A model generated the notes under the pieces. It was not told the DNA's origin, made no database searches, and saw only the letters and a list, made by a program, of their open reading frames with translations. The translations under genes and the position numbers were made by a program. A DNA stretch of 64,000 bases from Verrucomicrobiota bacterium (lineage in GTDB: Bacteria > Verrucomicrobiota > Verrucomicrobiia > Verrucomicrobiales > DEV007), in the NCBI GenBank assembly GCA_020630975.1, contig JAHDID010000006.1, forward strand, positions 91,182 through 155,181. Direction: 5' to 3'. Positions 26,987-35,907 of this stretch are shown here, piece by piece. Position 1 is the stretch's first letter, and each line of letters begins with the position of its first letter.

Positions 26987-28669
26987 ATGAATTGCATTCT
27001 CCTTCAGACACTTTCGACACGGTCTCTCCAGATCGTTGCTGCGATCTTTCTTTCGCTGTCAGCTTCCGCCGCCGACCGGCCAAACATTCTGTTCATCGTT
27101 TCCGACGATCATGGCTGGGGTGATTTGCCGTCGAATTGGGACGAGACCGAAGTGCAGATGCCGACTCTCGATAGACTGGCTGCCGGTGGGGTGCGGTTTA
27201 CCAACTACCACACAGTCCCGCTCTGCGCACCGTCTCGCGCCTGTATGTTCACCGGCCAAAACTCATCCGAAAACGGTATGTGGCGGGGGCCGGGAGGCGT
27301 TCCCGGCGAGCATGGTTACAAAGGCATTAAACGAAATGTCACCATGCTGTCGGAGCACCTTTCGAAGGCTGGTTACCAAACCGGGGGATTCGGCAAATGG
27401 CACATGGGCTCGATCGAAGGCGAAGCGCCCAATGACCGGGGTTTCGATGAATATCGCGGCTTCATGAGTGGGACTCATGGGTATTGGGTTACCGAAAAAC
27501 GGTCAAAGATTCTGCATAATGGAAAACCGGATGATGCCACCGGTCACACCACCGAGTTATTCACCGAATGGGCTGAGCAATTCATTCGCCAGAGCGCCGA
27601 CGATGAAGAACCGTTTTTCTGTTACCTCGGTTACAACGCAGTGCACGGTCCGATCCGGACTGACGAATCGAAACCTGCTTCCGCACCGGAAGAGTGGGTG
27701 AACAAAGCCCTTGACCGGGGTGTCAGTTTTTTGCGCAGCGACTATGTCGCCATTCTCGAACACATGGATCACCACATCGGTCAGCTGATCGACCTACTGG
27801 ATGAACTGGAGATCGCCGAGAATACGCTGGTCGTCTTTGTCAGTGATAACGGTGGCTGCGTGATGGAGGGTGATGCACCGGGTGGCAGATACCCCGCCAA
27901 CAACGGACCACTGCGCGGCAGTAAGGCATCGACCTGGCAGGGCGGTCTGAATGTCCCGTTCCTTATGCATTGGAAAGGCCACATTCCCAAAGGTACCGTC
28001 TCCAGCGCACAAGTGATGCACGCAGACATCTTTGCGACCCTGCTGGACGCAGCCTCAATTCCGGTTCCGAAGATGAATGGAAATAATCCCGTGCGCGGAT
28101 TGTCGCTGATGCCACACATGCTTTCGGCCGGTAAACAATCAATCCCTGCGCGCACCATGATCTTCGATCTATGGGGAAATATCGGACTGCGGAAAGGCAA
28201 CTACAAACTCTGGGCCGATGCCGGGCGAGACGCGACTCCGGATTGGCAAGCGCTCATCGCTGATATCAAAGCCACAGATCTGGCACTCTACGATCTCAGT
28301 CAGGATGTTGGAGAGGAGAACGATCTTCGAACCAAAAAACCGGAACTCTACACTTCGCTCAAGGCTGAACTGATCGACTACTTCTCCGGGATCGACGATG
28401 AGTATCCCATTCCGGAAACTATAGGGGAAGCCGAAAAGAAAAGCCCGCCCGCAAAGCCGAAGACCGAAGCGCCCAAGTCAAAATCACGGTCAATCAATCC
28501 CGAGAAGTTCCTCAAGTCCCGCGACAAGGATGGCGATGGAGCGCTGTCCCTGATAGAGTATACCCAGAAACCGATAGAGGCAGCACCCGCTCGAACCAAA
28601 ATTTTTCAGGGCCTTGATACCGACAGCAATGGCAAGCTAACGCTGGAGGAACTGAAGAAATCTCTATAA
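26987..28669 (+). CDS. Exported formylglycine-dependent sulfatase (S1) with C-terminal EF-hand pair
   Basis: RPNILFIVSDDHGWGD, CAPSR, GKWHMG; DKDGDGALSLIEY and DTDSNGKLTLEEL loops. Start moved to ATG 26987. Confidence 0.92.
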   Translation: MNCILLQTLSTRSLQIVAAIFLSLSASAADRPNILFIVSDDHGWGDLPSNWDETEVQMPTLDRLAAGGVRFTNYHTVPLCAPSRACMFTGQNSSENGMWRGPGGVPGEHGYKGIKRNVTMLSEHLSKAGYQTGGFGKWHMGSIEGEAPNDRGFDEYRGFMSGTHGYWVTEKRSKILHNGKPDDATGHTTELFTEWAEQFIRQSADDEEPFFCYLGYNAVHGPIRTDESKPASAPEEWVNKALDRGVSFLRSDYVAILEHMDHHIGQLIDLLDELEIAENTLVVFVSDNGGCVMEGDAPGGRYPANNGPLRGSKASTWQGGLNVPFLMHWKGHIPKGTVSSAQVMHADIFATLLDAASIPVPKMNGNNPVRGLSLMPHMLSAGKQSIPARTMIFDLWGNIGLRKGNYKLWADAGRDATPDWQALIADIKATDLALYDLSQDVGEENDLRTKKPELYTSLKAELIDYFSGIDDEYPIPETIGEAEKKSPPAKPKTEAPKSKSRSINPEKFLKSRDKDGDGALSLIEYTQKPIEAAPARTKIFQGLDTDSNGKLTLEELKKSL

Positions 28670-28904
28670 AAAAATTTCAGGATCAATCGATACAGCCATG
28701 ATGAAGCGTATCATTCTTCTCCAACTCCTGATCCTAGTCATTCATAGTGACAGGCGAATTGAAGAGAAAATATTTCCAGCACGTTAGCCCAGCCGGGTCC
28801 GTGTGCTACCACAATCTGTCTTGTGATCCCCCTTTCTAGACGTCACATATCCCAACCGAATAACGGGACCTCTCTTACACATCCCAAAACGACAGACTCG
28901 GGCA

Positions 28905-28942
28905 ATTGCACCCTATTCAGTCAAAACAGTACCCTATTGAAT
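28905..28942 (+). repeat. Dispersed 21-bp-period repeat, locus 3 (2 degenerate copies)
   Basis: ATTGCACCCTATTCAGT and CAGTACCCTATTGAAT; CCCTATT cores at 28911 and 28932. Confidence 0.8.
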
Positions 28943-28999
28943 TTGCCCTGCACACGACTCACCCGCTCTGGCTAAGGCATTTGAGGGAGATTATTTCTA

Positions 29000-29123
29000 G
29001 CAGATCAAGGTCGGCGCCGTCAAGCCCTCACCCGCTCCGTGTTGACATCGCCAAGTTTAGGGCCACTCTACACATGTAATCTGGCCTCAGCCCACAAGGG
29101 CTGACAGGCCTTTCACGTTCGGT
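29000..29123 (+). mobile_element. attC-like integron cassette recombination site 1 (degenerate R'' box)
   Basis: GCAGATC-N6-GGC[G]CCGTCA[A]GCCCT ... AGGGC TGACAG GCC-N6-GTTCGGT; two extra bases on the left arm; ATG 5 nt downstream. Confidence 0.68.
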
Positions 29124-29128
29124 CGGAA

Positions 29129-29401
29129 ATGAGGAGATATATACTGTTGGCGGCACTTTGTGGAGGGATGTTTGGATTGTGCCTCAGCAAGGTGGGTGAG
29201 AGCCAAAGGCGATCCAACCGAATCATTGAATTACAAGAAGCGATTCTTGCCAACCCAGATGATAATGACAGTCGGGAATTGCTTGAAAGCTACGATTCGA
29301 GAAGGCCATATTCTATGCATACAGTTGTATTGTTTTTTGCTGCTGGTTCAGCGTTTCTTGTCGGGTGTCAATACTTCGGTGCGAAGTATAAGTCCAACTG
29401 A
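29129..29401 (+). CDS. Small cassette-like membrane protein
   Basis: 90 aa with 2 hydrophobic segments, AT-richer codons, lies between two attC-like sites. Confidence 0.6.
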   Translation: MRRYILLAALCGGMFGLCLSKVGESQRRSNRIIELQEAILANPDDNDSRELLESYDSRRPYSMHTVVLFFAAGSAFLVGCQYFGAKYKSN

Positions 29402-29416
29402 TGGTGCCTATCTTGC

Positions 29417-29545
29417 AGAAGACCAAACCGCGTCTGGTAAGGACTATATTTTCGGAGTTTGAACGTGACTTTACCTCGGTTTCGTCTACTCTTCGGGAGA
29501 GCGTTTCGGCCCGGTGGCCGTCCTACCAGCGCTCAGACGTTAGTC
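29417..29545 (+). mobile_element. attC-like site 2 (degenerate R'' box)
   Basis: AGAAGAC-N6-GCG[T]CTGGTA[A]GGAC ... GTCC TACCAG CGC-N6-GTTAGTC; same geometry as site 1. Confidence 0.68.
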
Positions 29546-29556
29546 CAAAAAATTGC

Positions 29557-29976
29557 ATGGCATCGCGCCTGAACACAAAGACACCGATCGTGCGATTCAT
29601 GGCCGAGTATCTTTCCGAATTTAAATTCGACACCGTATCTAAACCAAATCTGGTTTTTAGAGAACCGCAGGCGACTGGACTTTTCAGATGCATCGCGATC
29701 GGTCGTTCCTCTAATCCCTACGGGATCTACCCGAATTTTGCCGTGACGTACAACCGAGGTTGGGGAGGCGGGCCGGCATCGCCACTCGGGCGGGACGCCG
29801 GCATTGCAAACCTTAAATTAGATTCCCATGCAGTTCCCGCGAGCGACCAATGGATTACCTTCGAGCCGAATTCCGAAGGCCTCACTCCAGCACTGAACTC
29901 GTTCTACGAGATTTACCGCGAGCTTGTGGTGCCTGTCGCGCGTTACCCTTTGTGCTTTCATGCTATTGCCACATGA
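29557..29976 (+). CDS. Cassette-like hypothetical protein (possibly 3'-truncated)
   Basis: ATG 11 nt after attC-like site 2; the 5' extension in the ORF track is just the attC sequence. Confidence 0.55.
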   Translation: MASRLNTKTPIVRFMAEYLSEFKFDTVSKPNLVFREPQATGLFRCIAIGRSSNPYGIYPNFAVTYNRGWGGGPASPLGRDAGIANLKLDSHAVPASDQWITFEPNSEGLTPALNSFYEIYRELVVPVARYPLCFHAIAT

Positions 29977-30277
29977 ATAGATGCCCCAACTGTCGGAAAA
30001 CCTGCGATCCTATGCTATTATTAATCTGCTCGGGTTGGTCCTCTTACCTTTGTAAACATTGTGGCGCGTTGTCAGCATTTAACCGTATGCAGATGAGCAT
30101 TCTGGGAGGAATTGGAGGAGGTTTGGCTGAAAAATTAAGTTGCCTCACCTGTGTCGTCATGAAGGATGGCTGGCGGTGATCATTGTAGCCGTATCGCTCT
30201 TCGTAATCGTGACACTAGGTATGCTGCTGCTGCTCCCTTTAACCCTTAACGAGAAAACAGAGCACACCGACGCTTAG
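29973..30277 (+). pseudogene. Zinc-ribbon membrane protein, frameshifted
   Basis: MNRCPNC...CKHCG, hydrophobic GGIGGGL, then a frame change to LPHLCRHEGWLAVIIVAVSLFVIVTLGMLLLLPLTLNEKTEHTDA-TAG. Confidence 0.5.
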
Positions 30278-30373
30278 CAGCCTGTTTGCCCTTCGTAGGT
30301 CGGCATAAGGATCTAATGGCTAGCGGTCTAGTATTCGCTCGACCGCTATGCTCATTAACTTCGAAAGATCGTC

Positions 30374-30931
30374 CTAATCTTCTCGTTGGGGACGATGTCG
30401 ATCAAAGGTCAAGTGGCCGACAATGGTAGCCTCGCGCTCTACCTTTGAGAACCCACAGCGCTGAATGCAGGCGAGTGAGCGATGATTGCCGGGATGGATA
30501 TCGGCGTATAATACCTGAAATCCTGCGGTATCGGCCAAGTGAGTGACCGCTCTTGCGGCATTGGTCATGATACCCCGGTGACTCGCACTCGACCAATACC
30601 CCATCTCAGCCCGATCGAGATGGGCGCTCTTGATGTCGCAGGCTGCAGCGACTTCGCCGTAGGCATCGGTGATGATGTAGACGAAATGGGTACCCAGCCG
30701 CCACCCCTCAGAGGCAGATGCTATCCAATCCACGGCCATCTCAGGTGGATAAGGGTCTCCTTTACAAAGGGACTGAAAGCACCAGCGATACACTAATGCC
30801 TCATTACAGATCGCGGCGATCTGACAACAAACTTCAGGGGTAGACTGTATATCGCTGATCGGTTGAAGACGATACTCGGCACCGGTGAGCGCATTCTCTA
30901 TGACCAGCTGTTTTTTGAGATGCTCGATCAT
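30374..30931 (-). CDS. GNAT N-acetyltransferase (RimJ/RimL-like)
   Basis: AEMGYW....HRGIMT.A, N.RS...IQRCGF. Confidence 0.8.
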   Translation of the reverse strand: MIEHLKKQLVIENALTGAEYRLQPISDIQSTPEVCCQIAAICNEALVYRWCFQSLCKGDPYPPEMAVDWIASASEGWRLGTHFVYIITDAYGEVAAACDIKSAHLDRAEMGYWSSASHRGIMTNAARAVTHLADTAGFQVLYADIHPGNHRSLACIQRCGFSKVEREATIVGHLTFDRHRPQRED

Positions 30932-31181
30932 GCTCTGAGGTCGATAAAAAGGGCAAAGCTGAGAAATGTAGAGAGGGATAATCGTTTCATTTATAAGCTG
31001 AGGTTGTTGCCGACAACGGCCCCTCTGTTACTAAGATAGTTATGGACTAGCTAACGAATTCTACAACTATCCTCTCACGATGAAACTCCACTCGCTGACG
31101 CTCGCTGCCACATACCTCCAGCTTTCTATACTAAAGAAACATCACAACAGCAGGCTCGATAGAATCTCATAAAGGTCCCAC

Positions 31182-33080
31182 CTATTTGTTCTTCTTGGCC
31201 TTTACGGGTTCTTTTTTCTTCTTCTTTTTCGGTGGAAATAGGTCTTCGCCTTTTAGGTAGGGCACGCGACGTGGGATGTCGGCGCCTTCTGCCTGAGGTG
31301 CGAGAGCTGCGGCGTCGAAATCCTTACCAGATGGGTGGCAATCGACAAAGTAGACTAGAGAATTGAGGGCTTCGGTAGCGACGACTGCATCCGCTGTGGA
31401 ATTGATCAGCTCGACGATGGGGGTGATGGCATCGCCACCAGCGCATAGGCCGACTGCCTCTGCGGCCCTGAGACGGACGACCTCGGACTCGTCTGAAAGT
31501 AGGCCCTCAGCCATCGGTGCCAGCGCCGCAGCCTGCTCGCCAAAGCTACTGCATACCATGCAACCCCAGTAGCGGGCGATGGCATCGGTAGAGGTGAGGG
31601 CTGCCTGTAGGCCGGCTTTGGCCTCGGCAAAGGGGCGTGTCGCGAGATCGGCTATGTCGACATAGCGGGCGATCGCTGCCTTGTGCTTTTGGCCGTAGGC
31701 CACGGGATCTGCCATGGCCTGTGAGACTAGCTGACTCTCTGGGTAGAAGCTGAGATCTGGCAGTGCTTTCACCCTAGTATTTAGCCGCTGGCGCATGATC
31801 GCCAGGGTCTCGGCGTGGGCAGGATCGTCGGCGAGATTTTTCACCTCATGGGGATCGGCCTCGATGTCGAAGAGCAGCTCGACAGGCTTGCCGCGATGAA
31901 ACTGAGAGCGCACCTCATCCAATTCGCCTGCCTGATAGAGCTGGCGCCACTCCTCGTAGGCCAGCATCTTGTAGCGGTAGTTATTCTGCAAGCCATCTGG
32001 CAGCCAGTTTTGGTAGCAGCGCAGGTAGTGGTATTTACCTTTGTGCAGACTGCGGATCAGATCATACTTTTCGTCAAATCGATCGGCGTAGCAAAAGACC
32101 TCGTCGCGAGCATTCACTTGCTCCATGGTGATGCCATCGCCTAGGAATGGTGTACCATCGACGGCGGAGGAACCAGGTACGCCTGCCAGATGAAGCACGG
32201 TAGGTCCAAAGTCGATGAAGCTGACATAACCACCGACACGATCGCCGCGCTGCCCATCGACTAGGTGTTTGAAATTCTCTGGGATACGCACGACCAGCGG
32301 CACATGTACACCCGACTCGTAGGGGTAGCCTTTGCCACGTGGCAGGACACCACCATGATCGCCAAAGTAGAAGACAAAGGTATCCTCCAGCACGCCATCT
32401 GCCTCGAGCTGGGCGACGGTATTGGCGACGATGCCATCGATGGTCAGCATGCAGTCGAGATAGCGAGCATGGGTGTAGCGAAATAAATCGGTATCGGGGA
32501 AATAGTCGGCCAGCTGAACCTCTGCGGGATCGTGAGTGGTCTTATCGCTCTCGTAACTCTCCTGGCTGAAGTGCAGGCGGCCCTCGTGGGAATCGCCATG
32601 GGAGGCCATGTGGAAAAACGGCTGCCCCTCTGCCCGGTCGCGCCAGTGAGCATCGCCCGCCGACTTGTCCCACCCGGTGACGGGCTCGACATTGTAGTCC
32701 TGCTTGGATCGATTGGTGGTGTGGTAGCCCGCCTGCTGGAGATAGGTGTGCCAGAGTTTCACGTCGGCAGGGAGCTGGGCTTTCTCATAGCGACGATGGT
32801 ATTGGGTGCCAATGCGGGGTCCATAGCAGCCTGTCGCCAGTGTGGTGCGAGCTGTCGAGCAGACTGGAGCATTGGAGTAAGCGCGATCAAAGGTGAGCCC
32901 CTGAGCTGCTAGTGCCTCGATAGCGGGAGTCTTTGCCCCGCCTGGAAAGAAATGATCGAGGTAGTGGATGGAATTATCCTCAGAGACGATGAATACAAAA
33001 TTGGGCCGATCGGCACTGTGAGCGAAACTGCCTATGAATAGTAGGCACAGCCAGAGTGTGAGTTTATGTGGGTGACGCAT
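31182..33080 (-). CDS. Exported sulfatase with C-terminal HEAT-like repeats
   Basis: RPNFVFIVSEDNS, PVCSTAR, YFGDHG; RYWG...VVRLRAAEA HEAT pattern. Start moved to ATG 33080. Confidence 0.88.
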   Translation of the reverse strand: MRHPHKLTLWLCLLFIGSFAHSADRPNFVFIVSEDNSIHYLDHFFPGGAKTPAIEALAAQGLTFDRAYSNAPVCSTARTTLATGCYGPRIGTQYHRRYEKAQLPADVKLWHTYLQQAGYHTTNRSKQDYNVEPVTGWDKSAGDAHWRDRAEGQPFFHMASHGDSHEGRLHFSQESYESDKTTHDPAEVQLADYFPDTDLFRYTHARYLDCMLTIDGIVANTVAQLEADGVLEDTFVFYFGDHGGVLPRGKGYPYESGVHVPLVVRIPENFKHLVDGQRGDRVGGYVSFIDFGPTVLHLAGVPGSSAVDGTPFLGDGITMEQVNARDEVFCYADRFDEKYDLIRSLHKGKYHYLRCYQNWLPDGLQNNYRYKMLAYEEWRQLYQAGELDEVRSQFHRGKPVELLFDIEADPHEVKNLADDPAHAETLAIMRQRLNTRVKALPDLSFYPESQLVSQAMADPVAYGQKHKAAIARYVDIADLATRPFAEAKAGLQAALTSTDAIARYWGCMVCSSFGEQAAALAPMAEGLLSDESEVVRLRAAEAVGLCAGGDAITPIVELINSTADAVVATEALNSLVYFVDCHPSGKDFDAAALAPQAEGADIPRRVPYLKGEDLFPPKKKKKKEPVKAKKNK

Positions 33081-33134
33081 AGGGAGACTGTAGAGAAAAG
33101 CCCCCCACCCCGTCAAATCGCACAAATGGCACGT

Positions 33135-35039
33135 CTAGGGCGCTGAAGATGACTGGACACGGTAATAACGCTGATCAGCACTGTCCGGATGAGCCGAGAT
33201 ATCGACGGTATCGGTACCTATCAAACTGGGGACTAGGTCTACCCAAGTCGATTGATCCGCACTGTATTGTATCTTAAAGCTCGATGTCGACGGCTGTAGC
33301 CGGTAGTCCAGTTGGAGATTGGGACTGGTCTGGATCTCGATGTAAGAGGGATCGTCCGGCAGAGCTGCTTCGACTAAATCCAAGGCAACAGCAGGGCCTA
33401 TCAGCCCGCCAGAGCCACCCTGGGCATGGCCGAATCTCTTGAAATACTGGCGCATCTCGATGGGCGTAAAGACACTTTGGTAAGTCGCCTTGGCATAAGA
33501 CTGAAACAGAGTGGCGAGACCGCCGACACAGGCGGAGGCACTGCTCGTGCCACTGAATCGGCTATAGGTCTGCAGATCGTCACTGCCATAGTTGGCATAG
33601 CCGCCGTAGCCTGTGGTCAGCACACTTTGCCCCCATGCCTGCACATCGACTCGCGAGCCAAAGGTGCTGTAGCTCAGGCGGCTATGAGTGGTGTTTGAAG
33701 AACCTGCGCCTACGATGATCGCACCACTATCGCCTCTGTCACGATAGGCCTGATACTCGGCACTATCCATATCCTCGCCGCCATTGCCGGCAGCAGCGAC
33801 TACGATGATGCCCGAGTCGGTCGCAGTTTTAGTGAGATTCCAGACGGAAGAACTGTATTCGGCTGGCCCAAAGCCTCCCTGTCCACCAGTGGCCTGCATC
33901 TCGAGTAAGATCACATCGCCATCCTGAGACTGAGCGATCGCCCGACTGATAGCAGAGGAGCGATTGTAGCCATTCACAGTCCACTCCGAGGAAAACTGAA
34001 TCGTCGCATCCGGAGCTATACCATTGACTCCATAGCCATTGTGACCTGCACATGTGATCCCCAGAGCAGCCGTCCCATGGTCGTCCCAGCCATTGGCTGC
34101 CACCTCTGGTTCGATCGCAGCAGGCGAAAGATCAGTGATGCCCGAGTCGACGAGATCCTCATGATTGGGGTGATAGCCATACTCGCAGTCCGTGAACTTC
34201 ACCCCGGCGCCCTTCACACCCAGATTCCAGATATGCTCTACCCCGAAGCCTGGGTTTGAGCCGAGATGTGTCTGATTCGCTACCAGATCCGGTGTGGTGG
34301 GTGCGATATCAGCTGGCGGCGGCGGTGGCATGTCCAAAGACAAAATATCAACCGACTCGATCAGCGCCGAGGCCTGCAGTAGCTGGGCCACCTCGAGGAC
34401 TGTCTGCCCCTGCACACCGCTGACTCGCATGGTCGCATTCAGATCGGCCTGCATATTGCCACTTTTGCGTGCAGCGCGCTCGCGGATCATCTCGATGGAG
34501 TCTGGATCGTCGAAATTTCTCTCAATACTCAGGCCATTCTGCACCGCGAGATCTGTGATCGCCTGGATGGCCTCGCGATCGCCACTATTCAGAGCGACCT
34601 GATTGTCGGCTTCAACTCGTGCCGACACCTCGTCGATAAATTTGATCTGAATCTCGTGAACCTCGCCGGGTGGTAGATGCAGAGGTGCCGGTGGGTGAGC
34701 CTGGCGAGGTGTCAGTGCTAAGCTCAGACCGAGTAGTGGATCGGCAAAGTCGCCCTCAGCCCTCGGCAAGATGGAAAAACCTGTAGCAGCACCCTCCCCG
34801 TCTGCCCGCGGAGTCGAGAGAACCGTCTGTGCGGCGGCTTTTGGAGCCAACTCGCCCTCTGGCTGAGTATGCGCTATAGGAGACGTGACAGCCTCCGCAG
34901 CGGTCGCGGCAGGCGTCTCAGCTACAGAGGCACCACCTCCGGTCGAGGAAGGCTCTGGGCCAGGGTAGAATCGCCAAGCGATCCAAGCCACGCAGAGCAC
35001 AGCCACCAGGGTGAAGACTAGCTTGATGTTTGCTTTCAT
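33135..35039 (-). CDS. S8 subtilisin-like serine peptidase, membrane-anchored/exported
   Basis: Catalytic triad contexts TDCEYG, DHGTAAL, FSGTSSAS; VAAAGNGG oxyanion Asn. Confidence 0.9.
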   Translation of the reverse strand: MKANIKLVFTLVAVLCVAWIAWRFYPGPEPSSTGGGASVAETPAATAAEAVTSPIAHTQPEGELAPKAAAQTVLSTPRADGEGAATGFSILPRAEGDFADPLLGLSLALTPRQAHPPAPLHLPPGEVHEIQIKFIDEVSARVEADNQVALNSGDREAIQAITDLAVQNGLSIERNFDDPDSIEMIRERAARKSGNMQADLNATMRVSGVQGQTVLEVAQLLQASALIESVDILSLDMPPPPPADIAPTTPDLVANQTHLGSNPGFGVEHIWNLGVKGAGVKFTDCEYGYHPNHEDLVDSGITDLSPAAIEPEVAANGWDDHGTAALGITCAGHNGYGVNGIAPDATIQFSSEWTVNGYNRSSAISRAIAQSQDGDVILLEMQATGGQGGFGPAEYSSSVWNLTKTATDSGIIVVAAAGNGGEDMDSAEYQAYRDRGDSGAIIVGAGSSNTTHSRLSYSTFGSRVDVQAWGQSVLTTGYGGYANYGSDDLQTYSRFSGTSSASACVGGLATLFQSYAKATYQSVFTPIEMRQYFKRFGHAQGGSGGLIGPAVALDLVEAALPDDPSYIEIQTSPNLQLDYRLQPSTSSFKIQYSADQSTWVDLVPSLIGTDTVDISAHPDSADQRYYRVQSSSAP

Positions 35040-35221
35040 AAGGTAACCAAGACCAACAACTTAACTCTTACTCAGTATTTAGTCGATATATTACCTATAA
35101 TTCAGCAAGAGGTCCGCGAAACTTGGTAACCCTAGGTAGATAGGCCGAGCGGTCGTCTAGAGCGCCCTCAAGCTTCACTCACAAAAAGCAGGTAAAAAGA
35201 AAAAGTAACTAGCTCTAGCCG

Positions 35222-35893
35222 CTAGTCCTGCCCATGCCAGCTGGTGAAACCCTCCACCGGCTCGCGCTCAGTCCGGTAGCTATTCACTGGGTCGTCCCAG
35301 TCGGCGTAGCCCATGGCAATGCCGCAGACCAGCTTCTGATGCTCGGGCAGCTCCAAAGCCTGACGCACGATGGGCGCATAGTCGGCAAAGGCTGCCTGCG
35401 CACAGGTCTCGAGATCGTGCCCACGAGCCGCGAGTAAGATGTTTTGGATAAACATGCCCACATCGACCCAGGAGCCTTTCTCCATACGGCCGTCTATGAA
35501 GATATAGAGCTGCACCGGCGCATCGAAGCCTCGATAATTCTTCACCCACTGCTCGCGGCGACGCTCACGATCGCTGCGCTCGATACCGAGAGCCTCATAC
35601 AGAGCCATGCCACAGGTCACCCGGCGATTTTGAAAGGGCTCAGCAAATTGTTTGGGGTAGTACTGGTAGTCGGCAGCCGACTCATAGCCATCCTGAAATG
35701 CCGCTACGATCTGCTCGGCGAGCTGTTGTTTTTTCTCCCCCACTACGACAGCCACACTCCATGGCTGAGTGTTGGTGCCAGAGGGTGCCCAGCGTGCTGT
35801 CTCTAGGACCGACTCAATCGTCTCTCTGGTAACTGGTTTGTCCAGAAACGCTCGGACTGATGCCCGATCTCGGATGCCATCTAAAATTTCCAT
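35222..35893 (-). CDS. Nitroreductase family protein
   Basis: R.SVRAF, APSGTNTQPW, D.GMFIQN..LAA...L.TC. Start moved to ATG 35893. Confidence 0.92.
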   Translation of the reverse strand: MEILDGIRDRASVRAFLDKPVTRETIESVLETARWAPSGTNTQPWSVAVVVGEKKQQLAEQIVAAFQDGYESAADYQYYPKQFAEPFQNRRVTCGMALYEALGIERSDRERRREQWVKNYRGFDAPVQLYIFIDGRMEKGSWVDVGMFIQNILLAARGHDLETCAQAAFADYAPIVRQALELPEHQKLVCGIAMGYADWDDPVNSYRTEREPVEGFTSWHGQD

Positions 35894-35907
35894 TTCAGCA
35901 AATAGGC

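Noticed and set aside
29399-29420. Second selenocysteine candidate (TGA then WCLSC)
   Set aside because: No SECIS-like hairpin, the frame closes 15 codons later, and the downstream DNA is explained by the attC-like site.
30315-30356. Third attC site (hairpin with two bulged bases)
   Set aside because: Opposite asymmetry, AAT/ATT instead of AAC/GTT, short; more likely a terminator between convergent genes.
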